Shown here: positions 1-10,026 of the stretch, piece by piece | How the letters are laid out: each line of letters starts with the position of its first letter | Position numbering within the stretch: position 1 is the stretch's first letter | The notes under the pieces: model-generated | What the model saw: only the letters and a program-made list of their open reading frames with translations | What the model was told of the DNA's origin: nothing | Databases searched by the model: none | Program-made: the position numbers and the translations under genes | From: Candidatus Altimarinota bacterium | GTDB lineage: Bacteria > Patescibacteriota > Gracilibacteria > 1-14-2-50-48-13 | Direction of reading: 5' to 3' | DNA: 64,000 nucleotides | Assembly (NCBI GenBank): GCA_046314355.1 | Contig: JBKBWQ010000001.1 | Coordinates: 1,344,001-1,408,000, forward strand

Positions 1-642
1 GGTGCTCTTCTACTTTGTGTCTCATGCGGTGCCGGGACACCATCTGAGACTGTATCTACGGACTCTGCATCAGGAAGTATGATGGAGATGGCTTCCATGA
101 GAAAAGAGCAAATTACTGACGTAAAGATGGTTATTGAGCAGCAGAGTGCTTATGTCATTTCTCTTCTTCAAAAGAATGATTTTTCAGCGTTAGCTTCTCA
201 AGTTCATCCTGAAAAAGGACTTTTACTGAGTGCAGATATTCATTTGGATGACAAGACATTTCCAAGACAAATTATAGCTAGAAAAGAACTCGCTGGATTT
301 TTGAAAAATACCACTCCCCGTATCTGGGGAAGTAATGGGTATACGGAGCTGCCGCTTCGAATGACCGGAAAAGAATTCTGGGAAACATGGGTATATACAC
401 GCACTATTACTCTAAACTCTCCGCGTGCGTTTGATGAGGTCCGGATCACAGACGTAAATAAAGTGGCTGCAGCTGAAATGATGCAGAAAAGATTTCCAAA
501 CTCTCATTTTGTAGAATACAGTGTACTTTCTTCATCTACGGGTGAGGTCAAAGAAAAAGACTGGAGCTTGAGATTAGTCTTTAGTGAATATAACGGACAG
601 TGGTATCTCGTAGGTATTGTGAGAGATCAGTTTATCGCGTAG
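1..642 (+). CDS. Conserved hypothetical, probably lipoprotein (5'-truncated by window edge)
   Basis: The frame of ORF 79..642 is open from base 1 (GALLLCVSCG, lipobox-like). HPEKG and the C-terminal DWSLRLVF..WYLVGI..DQ motifs resemble a widespread uncharacterised exported family. Confidence 0.6.
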   Translation, partial: GALLLCVSCGAGTPSETVSTDSASGSMMEMASMRKEQITDVKMVIEQQSAYVISLLQKNDFSALASQVHPEKGLLLSADIHLDDKTFPRQIIARKELAGFLKNTTPRIWGSNGYTELPLRMTGKEFWETWVYTRTITLNSPRAFDEVRITDVNKVAAAEMMQKRFPNSHFVEYSVLSSSTGEVKEKDWSLRLVFSEYNGQWYLVGIVRDQFIA

Positions 643-646
643 ATAC

Positions 647-730
647 AAAAAAGGCACACGTTCCTCATTCGTGTACCCTCTCCTCTCTTGGTTCTCTCCT
701 CACAGAGAACCAGTAGCTTTTCTCTTGCAT
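647..730 (-). ncRNA. Candidate small RNA (or leaderless 21-aa ORF) with own promoter and terminator
   Basis: TTGACG-N17-TATACT (763-735, minus strand), two hairpins and a T-run at 652-647. Confidence 0.4.
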
Positions 731-789
731 ATGTAGTATAGGTGATAATAACATCACCGTCAATAGTAATTTACATTTTTTAGCACAAA

Positions 790-1215
790 GTGTCATTCCC
801 GCGCATGCGGGAACCCATTGCGGGGTATTGGTTTATTCAACTAGTGTTCTTATAGTGTTCACAAATGTTCTTATAAGAAATAAAGGTTCGGGTGAAGTGA
901 AGGGTGTTTGATGACATAGGTGGTTTCTTCTTCACCTGCCGGTGGGGCGTTACTTTTGTGACCAAAAGGTAACCAAAAGTCTTGTGGGAGGAGAAAAGCG
1001 TCTGGCAGAAAGGGTGCTTTCTACAAGTCATCAGACGCTTCTCCTCCCCCAAACCCCCAGGGACGGTGCGGTCTAGATGAGGGCTCGAGTGACTAGTGAC
1101 GGTCACTAGTCACTACACAGCCAGGCGATGTACCTACGGTACATATCAGGGCTCGGGGAGGGGAGCCTCTATGAGCTATCCCCCTGAGAAGGGGGACACA
1201 GGGGGTTTGAGCCCG
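790..1215. repeat. ~420-bp composite palindromic non-coding element, copy 1
   Basis: Colinear, highly similar copy at 51710-52120; multiple hairpin modules. Confidence 0.9.
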
Positions 1216-1424
1216 AGCCAAGATGCGAGGGAAAATGTCTCCTCTGTGACTGTTATCATTGATTAATCTTTATTGTATTACCTGTCCTTATACAGCCGTC
1301 ATGGTAATTTGACACATGTTAAAAATTATTGACTTAAACTTATTTTTAACTATTCTTCCTTTAAGCCGAAAGGCTCTATGATTATTGGAAAATGAGGTCT
1401 CTGCAAAGAGAAAGGAGAGTTGAA

Positions 1425-2075
1425 ATGGAAAGTAGCAGCAATATGAGTGGGATTTTTTCTGAAATATTAACAAAAGTAGGAAAGCAGATTCCTGACTCTG
1501 TAACGCTCGTACTGATGAGGCATGGTGAGTATGAAGAAGGTGCTGACAAGCAGTTTCATCTGACTGCGGTTGGAAGAAGCAAGCTTTTAAAAGGGGAGTT
1601 CTCTTCTGGACACATACAGAATGCAGACTATTTTGTCAGCAGTATGCTTCCTAGAGCAGTTGAGACTGCTATGGCTGTATTGTATAATAAAGCTCTTAAA
1701 GGTGCAGTAGAAGTACCTACTTTTACTACGGACAGTAGGATAGGAAGCGATGGTCTGATCGCGAGGATTAGAACACCGCACTTCAAGGATTTGCATGATA
1801 CCTACTGTAAGCCAGGTCATCATATTAGTCTGTTCCTAAAAGGCTTAAATGAGTATGCCGATGAATTTACTGCATTCCAAGCGGTGATACTGGAAGTACT
1901 GTATGGCATTGTCGACCATAGTGCCAATGCTAGTAAAAATAAAGAAGATGTGACTGTACTTATTGTCGGTCATACACCTCTGCTTGAGTCAGCGGCATAC
2001 TGCATTACAGGTCAGGACATTTCTGGACTTGATAAAGCAGATGCTCTCTGCATCCGGGGAGGTAAACTACTATAA
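1425..2075 (+). CDS. Histidine phosphatase superfamily protein (PGM/SixA-like)
   Basis: LMRHGE motif, SSMLPRAVETA and LIVGH; AAGGAG SD before the ATG at 1425. Confidence 0.75.
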   Translation: MESSSNMSGIFSEILTKVGKQIPDSVTLVLMRHGEYEEGADKQFHLTAVGRSKLLKGEFSSGHIQNADYFVSSMLPRAVETAMAVLYNKALKGAVEVPTFTTDSRIGSDGLIARIRTPHFKDLHDTYCKPGHHISLFLKGLNEYADEFTAFQAVILEVLYGIVDHSANASKNKEDVTVLIVGHTPLLESAAYCITGQDISGLDKADALCIRGGKLL

Positions 2076-2085
2076 AACAAAAATG

Positions 2086-2118
2086 AACCGTCTGCTTAAT
2101 GAGTAAGGCGGTTTTTTT
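2086..2118 (+). terminator. Intrinsic terminator
   Basis: AACCGTCTGCT..AGTAAGGCGGTT stem followed by a T-run. Confidence 0.75.
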
Positions 2119-2154
2119 CTATAAGTATTTTAGTTGATCATTTATAGAATTCTC

Positions 2155-2904
2155 TTATCTCACCCGACAAAGTATCAGATCAAATACCGCCTTTGCCGCT
2201 CTTTCCGCAATCTCAGGAAATGCCTTTGGATGAAATCCCGGAGCTGAATTCAGTTCTACAATACCATGATGATTTTTAATCTGGGGTACTTTAGAGATAT
2301 CTTCCATTATGATATCGATGCCTAATACATCAGCTCTGAAAATGTGTGCGATATTTTCAAAAAATATTTCTACTTCCCGAGTCATTTGAGCAGTTACATC
2401 TACTTTTATTTTCGTTCCATTTTCTTTACGCTTTTCTATCACACCTAAAACTTTTCTTTCAATAAGCAGAATACGATACTCTTTTCCTTTTAATGTTTCT
2501 TCTGCGAGAATTCTGTATTCTTCAGGAAATTTAGAGAAATATTTCTGTACTCCTTCCAGGTCAGTGACGTTTTTCATAAGTCCTCTGCTTTTTTGCTTGT
2601 CTACAGGTTTACATATGAGCGGACCTGACAAGTGTGAAGGGAATTCTATCTTGTCTCTCCAGATCACTTTCCATGGAGCCGTGGGTATATGATGTTCATC
2701 AAGGATCTGTTTTGTAATATATTTCATTTTGCAGATGTGAGTCAGTGCAGAGCTTTGCAGCGGTGTTCTAGTATCCGCGCAGAAAAAACCTTCACCTGTT
2801 TGTACTTCAAGGACGTAGGGAGTATGGAGGATATAAGATATATTTCTCTTTTCACATTCCTGCACGAAGAGTGCTGTATTTTTACTTGGGATCATAAACG
2901 GCAT
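2155..2904 (-). CDS. ATP-grasp domain protein (cyanophycin synthetase/RimK/GshAB-like ligase domain)
   Basis: K..TKQIL....IPT, LICKP, EYRILL, GIDII and IVELNSAPG motifs. Confidence 0.75.
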   Translation of the reverse strand: MPFMIPSKNTALFVQECEKRNISYILHTPYVLEVQTGEGFFCADTRTPLQSSALTHICKMKYITKQILDEHHIPTAPWKVIWRDKIEFPSHLSGPLICKPVDKQKSRGLMKNVTDLEGVQKYFSKFPEEYRILAEETLKGKEYRILLIERKVLGVIEKRKENGTKIKVDVTAQMTREVEIFFENIAHIFRADVLGIDIIMEDISKVPQIKNHHGIVELNSAPGFHPKAFPEIAERAAKAVFDLILCRVR

Positions 2905-3009
2905 TCAGATAATTAAAATAAGTATACTCACATTTTTCTTTTTTTCATCTGTTAAAAAAACATAACAGTAGTATTGTTTTGTTAGATGTGAGTTTATAAG
3001 TTTCCAGTT

Positions 3010-5709
3010 ATGCTAAAACAAACAATCGGAGCACATGACATAGTAATTTTAGGAGCGAAAACCAATACTCTCAAGAATGTACAGGTGGTGATCCCGGCAG
3101 GGAAACTTACTGTGGTGACTGGCGTTTCTGGTTCAGGTAAATCATCCTTAGCTTTTCAGACACTCTATGCGGAGGGTCAGAACCGTTTTGTGGAATGTCT
3201 CAATACGTATACAAGACAGTTTATTCATACGCTTCAGAGACCAGATGTAGAAAAGATTCTCAACATTCGTCCCGCACTTGCTATCAAACAGGAAAACCGC
3301 GTACGAAGCGGAAGATCTACGGTTGGCACTACTTCTGAGATACATGATTATCTGCGTATTCTTTTTGCAAGAGTAGGTATTACCTATTGTTCAAACTGCG
3401 GAGACGAGGTAAAGGAGCATACGAAGAAAGATATTTTTGATGCAGTTTCCAAGATACAGGAGAGTACAAAACTTGCTTTTGTTTTTCCATATGCCTCTGC
3501 AAAGCTGGATCTGGAGAATCTCACAGAGCTTGGTTTTCAAAGAGCAATTGTGAAAGGAAAAGAAGTACTTTTATCAGATGTAAAAGAGAAAAGTCTCAAG
3601 GATCAGTATATTGTCTACGAACGGTTGAGCTATGACTCTTCAAAGGATAACCGGATACGTGAAGCAATAGACAAGAGTCTTCATTTTGGAAAAGGTGAGA
3701 TGGCAGTGTGGCAGTACGAAGAGAAAAAACTTGAAAAATTCTCTGACCAGTTTCGATGTGATCATTGCGGGCTTGTGTACCAAAAACCTATGCCTGCATT
3801 TTTTTCCTATAATTCTCCTCTTGGTGCCTGTGATGCCTGCGGCGGTTATGGGGATGAGATGACATGGGATGAAAAAAAGGTAGTGCCCGATCCTAGCCGT
3901 TCGATTTTTGAAGGAGCAATAGACCTGCTGCTCAAACCAAGTATGTCTTGGGAGCAGGGACACTACTATAAACGCTGGAAAGGATTGGGGCTCCCTATGA
4001 CTATTCCTTATTCCACATTAGATCAAAAGTGGAAGGACGTTATCTGGAAAGATATCAAAGATATTTTTGCCTATCTTGAAAAGAAAAAATACAAGATGCA
4101 TGTGCGGGTATTTTTAGCAAAATATAGAGGCTATGTGCCTTGCACCGGTTGTCATGGTACGAGACTAAAGCCTGAGGTGCTTAATGTAAAAATAGATCAG
4201 AGGAATATTGCAGAGCTCTCAGATATGGTGATCGAGGATCTTGTCGTTTTCTTTGAAAAAATACACCTGAGTGCATATCAAAAGCAAGTCGCAGAAGCTC
4301 TGCTGCAGGATATAAATGCACGTCTCATTTCTCTCTGCGAAGTGGGACTTTCTTATCTCTGCTTAAGCCGCAGAATGAATACACTCTCCGGAGGAGAATC
4401 CCAAAGACTAAGGCTTGCGACTGCTCTTAGATCCGGACTTTCTGACGTGCTCTATGTGCTTGATGAACCGACCATTGGACTTCATCCGAAGAATACCCGC
4501 CAGCTTATTACGATCCTGCTCAAACTTCGTGATCTCGGGAATACGGTAGTAGTAGTCGAACATGAAGAAGAGGTGATGAAACATGCGGACTATATTATTG
4601 ATATGGGACCCGGTGCAGGAGAACATGGCGGAACAGTTGTATTTCAGGGAGACTGGGATGAACTCTATGCTGCTCATGATTCATTGACGGGCAGATACCT
4701 CACAGGAGATTTAAAAATCACGCGGGAAAAGATTGAAGATAAGAGCCAGGATATGATGATATTTTCCGGCGTAAAAAAACATAATTTGAAAAATGTTGAT
4801 GCCACATTCCCGCGAGAACGTCTTACTTCTCTCACAGGTGTCTCTGGATCAGGAAAATCCACACTTATGGAAGTGATCTATGATACGCTTCAGGGAGACA
4901 ATAGTGCTGTAAGAGGTTATCATAACGCAGACTTCAAAGATGTAATTATGATTGATCAAGAGCCTATCGGAAAAAGTTCAAGATCAGTGCCGGTGACCTA
5001 CCTTGGATTTTTCGATCCGATTCGGAAACTATTTGCAGATACCGAAGATGCAAAGAAGCTGAGACTTACCCCAGGACACTTTTCTTTCAATAGCGCGCTT
5101 GGACAATGCAAGCACTGTGACGGTCACGGCGAGAGAGTGGAAGAAATGTACTTTTTAAATGATCTTGTGGTGATATGCGAATTCTGCGAGGGAAAAAGAT
5201 ATAAACCTAAAGTCCTGAAAGCAAAGTACAGATTTAGAACTATTGCTGATGTATTGAATATGACTGTCACTGAAGCAAAGGAATTCTTTGAAGGGCAAAA
5301 AAAGATACAGCAGGCACTAGATACTCTCATCCAAGTAGGACTTGGATACGTGAGGCTTGGGCAAAGTGCGCTGACCTTCTCAGGAGGAGAGGCACAGCGT
5401 TTCAAAATCGCAGAGGCACTGGACTCACACAGAGAACAGAGACATATGCTCTACCTTATGGATGAGCCTACCACAGGACTGCACTTTGCAGATATTCAGA
5501 CCCTGCTTAATGTATGTGATTCTTTAGTAAAGAAAGGTGCTACGATTATTATGATCGAGCATAATGTAGATATGATCAGGAATAGCGACTGGATCGTGGA
5601 GCTAGGACCAGAGGGAGGAGAAAAGGGTGGAGAGCTCTTGTACGAGGGGACAGCGGGAGAAATTGAAAAAAGTAAAAAAAGTATGATAGCAGAATACTTA
5701 AATAACTAA
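3010..5709 (+). CDS. uvrA: Excinuclease ABC subunit A (UvrA; possibly a UvrA2-type paralog)
   Basis: Two GVSGSGKS Walker A motifs, LSGGE/FSGGE signatures, DEPT motifs and zinc-finger CxxC pairs. Confidence 0.92.
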   Translation: MLKQTIGAHDIVILGAKTNTLKNVQVVIPAGKLTVVTGVSGSGKSSLAFQTLYAEGQNRFVECLNTYTRQFIHTLQRPDVEKILNIRPALAIKQENRVRSGRSTVGTTSEIHDYLRILFARVGITYCSNCGDEVKEHTKKDIFDAVSKIQESTKLAFVFPYASAKLDLENLTELGFQRAIVKGKEVLLSDVKEKSLKDQYIVYERLSYDSSKDNRIREAIDKSLHFGKGEMAVWQYEEKKLEKFSDQFRCDHCGLVYQKPMPAFFSYNSPLGACDACGGYGDEMTWDEKKVVPDPSRSIFEGAIDLLLKPSMSWEQGHYYKRWKGLGLPMTIPYSTLDQKWKDVIWKDIKDIFAYLEKKKYKMHVRVFLAKYRGYVPCTGCHGTRLKPEVLNVKIDQRNIAELSDMVIEDLVVFFEKIHLSAYQKQVAEALLQDINARLISLCEVGLSYLCLSRRMNTLSGGESQRLRLATALRSGLSDVLYVLDEPTIGLHPKNTRQLITILLKLRDLGNTVVVVEHEEEVMKHADYIIDMGPGAGEHGGTVVFQGDWDELYAAHDSLTGRYLTGDLKITREKIEDKSQDMMIFSGVKKHNLKNVDATFPRERLTSLTGVSGSGKSTLMEVIYDTLQGDNSAVRGYHNADFKDVIMIDQEPIGKSSRSVPVTYLGFFDPIRKLFADTEDAKKLRLTPGHFSFNSALGQCKHCDGHGERVEEMYFLNDLVVICEFCEGKRYKPKVLKAKYRFRTIADVLNMTVTEAKEFFEGQKKIQQALDTLIQVGLGYVRLGQSALTFSGGEAQRFKIAEALDSHREQRHMLYLMDEPTTGLHFADIQTLLNVCDSLVKKGATIIMIEHNVDMIRNSDWIVELGPEGGEKGGELLYEGTAGEIEKSKKSMIAEYLNN

Positions 5710-5720
5710 GGAGCTGTGAG

Positions 5721-5850
5721 CCGTCATCCTGCAGAGTGATACTTTCTCTTTAGTTGTATGATTCAGAACTGCAGGAACCAAACACTAGTGATTCTGAAGC
5801 CACTAATTGAGTGCTTTATCATTTGATGTATTCATTGCAGGATTACAGCA
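5721..5850. repeat. Degenerate GTCATCC-type REP-like inverted pair
   Basis: GTCATCCTGCA...TGCAGGAACC and ...TGCAGGATTACAGC, related to other GTCATYC palindromes in the window. Confidence 0.45.
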
Positions 5851-5917
5851 CCATTGCGTTTTTCCTCTAAATCAGTACTATCTTTAAGATTTTCTATTAA
5901 CTTCTGATAACCTTTTC

Positions 5918-6625
5918 ATGGTAAAGACATCTTCAAAACGAAATACTATTATCCTTGCAGTATTGATTATTCTGCTTCTCGGAATAGGAACATTCCTTTA
6001 CATCACTCGTCCTCTTGAGGCTCCAAGTATAGACTTCACAAAAACACCTGTGACTTCTTCTGGATCTACTACTGAGAGCGGAAGTACTATTACCTATAGT
6101 ATTGACGCTACACGTTCAAAAGCATCTTTCTCTATCTTTGAGGTGCTTCGGGGAAATGACTTTACTGTAGTGGGTACTACAAACCAGATTGCCGGAACTG
6201 TGACTCTTGATATGAGTGATCCATCTCAGTCGAAGGCTGGAGAGTTTAAGGTCAATGCGCGAACTCTAAAGACAGATAGCCCGCAAAGAGATGGTGCCAT
6301 CAACCGTATGATTTTAAAATCAGAGACACCAGGGAATGAGTTTATAATATTTACTCCTACAAGTGTTACTGGACTTCCTACAAATGGAGAGGTTGGAAAA
6401 GATTACATGATTTCTATCACAGGAAACCTCATGATTGCCGGTGCTGTAAAGCCTACTACTTTCACAGCTCAGGTAGCGTATTTACAAAATGGTGAAATCC
6501 AAGGAATAGCTACAACAAGTGTCCGACGAGCGGATTTTAATTTGAATATCCCTAACTTGCCGTTTATTGCAAACGTTGGTGAGACGGTAAGTATAAATGT
6601 AGAGTTCGTGGCAGTGAGATCTTAA
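5918..6625 (+). CDS. YceI-family (polyisoprenoid-binding) protein with N-terminal membrane anchor
   Basis: YSIDATRSKASF, LKTDSPQRD, GNLMIAG and RADFNL motifs. Confidence 0.85.
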   Translation: MVKTSSKRNTIILAVLIILLLGIGTFLYITRPLEAPSIDFTKTPVTSSGSTTESGSTITYSIDATRSKASFSIFEVLRGNDFTVVGTTNQIAGTVTLDMSDPSQSKAGEFKVNARTLKTDSPQRDGAINRMILKSETPGNEFIIFTPTSVTGLPTNGEVGKDYMISITGNLMIAGAVKPTTFTAQVAYLQNGEIQGIATTSVRRADFNLNIPNLPFIANVGETVSINVEFVAVRS

Positions 6626-6646
6626 AAAAGAAAATATAGTAAGTGT

Positions 6647-6686
6647 AGCCATCCCCCTGATAAGGGGGACCAAGGGGGTTTGAGCC
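6647..6686. repeat. CCCCCT..AGGGGG..GGGGG REP-like palindrome
   Basis: GCCATCCCCCTGATAAGGGGGACCAAGGGGGTTTGAGCC matches the terminal module of the 420-bp element. Confidence 0.8.
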
Positions 6687-6700
6687 CCCTTTTTTATAAT

Positions 6701-9430
6701 TTATACATTCTTTCTCACCACCTTATACACCTCCATCAATATCATCAAACTAAGAGCGGCTACAAATACTAGTAGCCATGTCTGTAGAGAGACTGGCTGG
6801 ATTTGAAGGAGATCCTGAAGAAAAGGAATATTTGATGCTATGAGATGAATGGTATGAGCGATTATTACTCCCGCGACGAGAAGCAGATTATTCCGTAATG
6901 GTATTTTAAAAGCAGAGATATATTCAGACCGTACAGTAAATACATGTACATTCTGCATAAGTACCATAAGGAGCAGAAGTAGAGTTCTCGCAAAGCTTTC
7001 ATCAAATCCCTGATGAAGCATCCAGGTCCACACAAAGAAGGTAAGCAGTCCGATATAACTTCCACTGATAAGTACCTGCTCGATCATTCGTCTGTTAAAA
7101 ATACCTTCTGTAGTTGGTCTTGGAGGTCTCTGCATAAGACCTGGTTCTTTCTTTTCAAAGGCAAGAGCTATTTCCTGTACCCCGTTTGTGACGAGATTGA
7201 TCCAGAGCAGCTGCAGCGGAAAGAATGGTACCGGTAAACCTGAAAAAAGTGAAAGAGCAAAAAGGCAAAGCAGACCAGCTCCGGTAGGGATCAAAAGGTA
7301 GACTGCTTTCCTTATATTATCATAAGCAACCCGCCCTTCTTCTATACCGGCAACAAGGGTAGGGAACTGATCATCTTGTAATATGATGCTTGCGGTATCC
7401 TTTGCCACATCAGTACCGGATCCCATGGCGATTCCAATGTGCGCCTTCTTGAGAGCAGGAGCATCATTCACACCGTCACCTGTAACTGCTACATAATTTC
7501 CCAGTTTACTCAGAGTCTCTACGATCTGCACCTTTTGAAAAGGAGATACTCTGGCAAATACCCGTGCATTCTGTATAAGTGCTACTGTTTCTTCAGGAGT
7601 TCTAGAGTCCGTATATTTTGCTAATAATTCTCCTGTAACTACCTGATCCCATTCGCTCGTGATATCGAGCTCCTTTGCGATCGCAAAGGCTGTGGCAGGG
7701 TGATCCCCTGTAACCATTACTACTCTGATACCTGCAGTGTGACATTCCTGCACTGCTTCCTTTACGCCTTCATGGAGCGGATCGATGAGACCAATTAATC
7801 CTAAAAAGGTCATGGAACTGAGTTCTTTTTCTAATGCTCCATTGTCCTTGTAAACTGTTAGTTTTTTTTCTGCCACAGCTATGACACGATACCCCTGTTC
7901 CGCGAGATTATTTACTTTTTCATTCAGCAGCTCCTTATCAATATCTGCAGTTCCTTCAGCTGTCTGCATGCAGTCACACATGGCAACTATGGCCTCATAA
8001 GCACCTTTTGATGCAAGAGTATAGGTATCTTTTTCCTTATAAAGAGCTGCAGAGTAAGCTCTTTCAGATTCAAAGGGGATACTTTCTATAATATTTTGTC
8101 TAAGTATCTCATCAATAGGAGGTGCAGCTTTATAGGAAAGTGCAAGAAGACCAATATCCACAGAATCTCCTGAATATTTCCACATAGTATCTACTTTGTA
8201 GAGTGCAGCTTCATTACATATAACACTTGCCCGGATGAGTTTATTCACTGACTCCGTATTATTAGCCGAGATTTCTTTGTCCTGATAGAGGATATTTCCA
8301 TTATCATTATAACCTTCTCCGGTCACATCCATCTCCATATGCGGGGCAATGAGTATCTTTTTTGCAGTCTGCATATTGACTGTGAGAGTTCCAGTTTTAT
8401 CAGAGGCTATATAATTACAGCTTCCGAGTGCTTCCACAGCGGCAAGCTGTCTGATGATGACCTTTCTTTTTGCCATACGCTGTGTGCCGATTGCGAGCGC
8501 TACAGTGACAGCGATAGGTAAGCCTTCCGGTATGGCTGCTACAGCCAACCCAATGGACATCAAAAGAGTATCTTCCAGAGAGTTTCCTTGTAAAAATCCT
8601 ACTATTCCCAATAGTACTACTACTCCTAGAATGCTTATACTTACCATTTTAGAGAACTGTTCCATTCGTATTACGAGAGGTGCTTTTCCTCTTGTAGCAG
8701 TAGATACTTTTTCCGCGATTTCACCTACGATAGTATTTTTTCCTGTCCGTATCACCACTCCTTCAGCTCGACCGGCATTTACAGTAGATCCTGCGAAAAG
8801 CACGTTTATTTGACTTGAGATATCTTCACTCTCTCCCGTGACAATATCAGCATGTTTTTCTACAGCTATGGATTCGCCAGTGAGAAATGATTCATCTACG
8901 GTTAACTGCTGTGTACTTAATATCCGAATATCTGCCGGCACCTTATTTCCAGATTCAAAAAGAACAATATCCCCGGGCACAAGATGCTCTGCTTCTATTT
9001 CCTGTATCGTACCATCTCTTCTGACACGGCATGTGGTGACTAGCATTTTTTTCAGTGATGCAGCTCCTTTTTCAGCATTCCATTCCTGTATTGTCCCAAG
9101 TACTGCATTTATAGTTATGATGACTACGATCATAAGTGCATCTTTCCATCTGCCTAGAAAAAGGGAAATGGCAGCTGCCCCAATCAATATCGCCACAAAA
9201 GCACTGATAAACTGTCTTAAGAAGATCTGAAGCAATGTTGGAGGAGGTGTTTCAGGGAGCGTATTACTTCCAAAACTCTCAGTCCGTTTTGTAACTTCAT
9301 TTAAAGATAATCCTGTCTGCTGATCTGTATCCAGTATTTCAAGCACTTCTTTTGTATGTAAAACATGCCAGCTCTTCACTGACAAAATTTTTCTGTAACC
9401 TGTATGTAAATTATTTTCTGGATGTGTCAT
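6701..9430 (-). CDS. Cation-transporting P-type ATPase (type IIA, Ca2+-like)
   Basis: TGES, IPEGLP, DKTGT phosphorylation site, TGDH and GDGVNDAPAL motifs. Confidence 0.93.
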   Translation of the reverse strand: MTHPENNLHTGYRKILSVKSWHVLHTKEVLEILDTDQQTGLSLNEVTKRTESFGSNTLPETPPPTLLQIFLRQFISAFVAILIGAAAISLFLGRWKDALMIVVIITINAVLGTIQEWNAEKGAASLKKMLVTTCRVRRDGTIQEIEAEHLVPGDIVLFESGNKVPADIRILSTQQLTVDESFLTGESIAVEKHADIVTGESEDISSQINVLFAGSTVNAGRAEGVVIRTGKNTIVGEIAEKVSTATRGKAPLVIRMEQFSKMVSISILGVVVLLGIVGFLQGNSLEDTLLMSIGLAVAAIPEGLPIAVTVALAIGTQRMAKRKVIIRQLAAVEALGSCNYIASDKTGTLTVNMQTAKKILIAPHMEMDVTGEGYNDNGNILYQDKEISANNTESVNKLIRASVICNEAALYKVDTMWKYSGDSVDIGLLALSYKAAPPIDEILRQNIIESIPFESERAYSAALYKEKDTYTLASKGAYEAIVAMCDCMQTAEGTADIDKELLNEKVNNLAEQGYRVIAVAEKKLTVYKDNGALEKELSSMTFLGLIGLIDPLHEGVKEAVQECHTAGIRVVMVTGDHPATAFAIAKELDITSEWDQVVTGELLAKYTDSRTPEETVALIQNARVFARVSPFQKVQIVETLSKLGNYVAVTGDGVNDAPALKKAHIGIAMGSGTDVAKDTASIILQDDQFPTLVAGIEEGRVAYDNIRKAVYLLIPTGAGLLCLFALSLFSGLPVPFFPLQLLWINLVTNGVQEIALAFEKKEPGLMQRPPRPTTEGIFNRRMIEQVLISGSYIGLLTFFVWTWMLHQGFDESFARTLLLLLMVLMQNVHVFTVRSEYISAFKIPLRNNLLLVAGVIIAHTIHLIASNIPFLQDLLQIQPVSLQTWLLVFVAALSLMILMEVYKVVRKNV

Positions 9431-9564
9431 AGTAGAAATAATACTTTATCTTTTTATTATACGTGTGGATAACCGAAATAAACAAGGAAAATATGGAAGA
9501 AAAATGATCAACCAGTTTTCTTGAATACTAATCTCTAGTATAATACATATATAACGATCTTCTT

Positions 9565-10026
9565 ATGAATAAACGCCTTCTTATTATTGTAGGAATACTT
9601 GTACTATTTGCGATACTCGCAGCTGTATTCTTTTTTTGGAAAAAACCCGTATCTATTGTGCAGGATACAGGCAGTGCTGTGACTCTTCCTGTATCTGAGG
9701 ATGAGATTCTGATACCAGATCCATCCTATTATCTCTCTAGAGCCCAGCCCTATTTCCAAGAGCTGGAATCTGCTATAAACAAAAAAGATTATATTACTGC
9801 ATCTCAAGCCAATGAAAAAATACATGGCTTTCTTACAAAAATGGAGCAGGTAAGTGTAGTTCAATATGCAAAAGATCAAGTTATATTTCTCATAAACGCT
9901 TCAGTAGATATAAAGGATTCACTCAGTAGCCGTAATGATGCTGATATAAAAAAAGCGCTGGAGAATCTTCGTATGATGAAGGTGCTGCAGTTTCAGTCGC
10001 AGAAAGGGGGAATTGGGACTCAGTAA
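9565..10026 (+). CDS. Hypothetical membrane-anchored protein
   Basis: N-terminal hydrophobic helix; 153-aa ORF. Confidence 0.65.
   Translation: MNKRLLIIVGILVLFAILAAVFFFWKKPVSIVQDTGSAVTLPVSEDEILIPDPSYYLSRAQPYFQELESAINKKDYITASQANEKIHGFLTKMEQVSVVQYAKDQVIFLINASVDIKDSLSSRNDADIKKALENLRMMKVLQFQSQKGGIGTQ

Noticed and set aside
837-1106. ORFs within the 420-bp repeat (also 51682-51894 and 51869-52084)
   Set aside because: The reading frame is not conserved between the two copies (indels), and there are no transposase motifs.
9464-9472. Single DnaA box (TGTGGATAA), plus the AT-rich tract at 25480-25890, as oriC
   Set aside because: There is no DnaA-box cluster and no dnaA/dnaN context.
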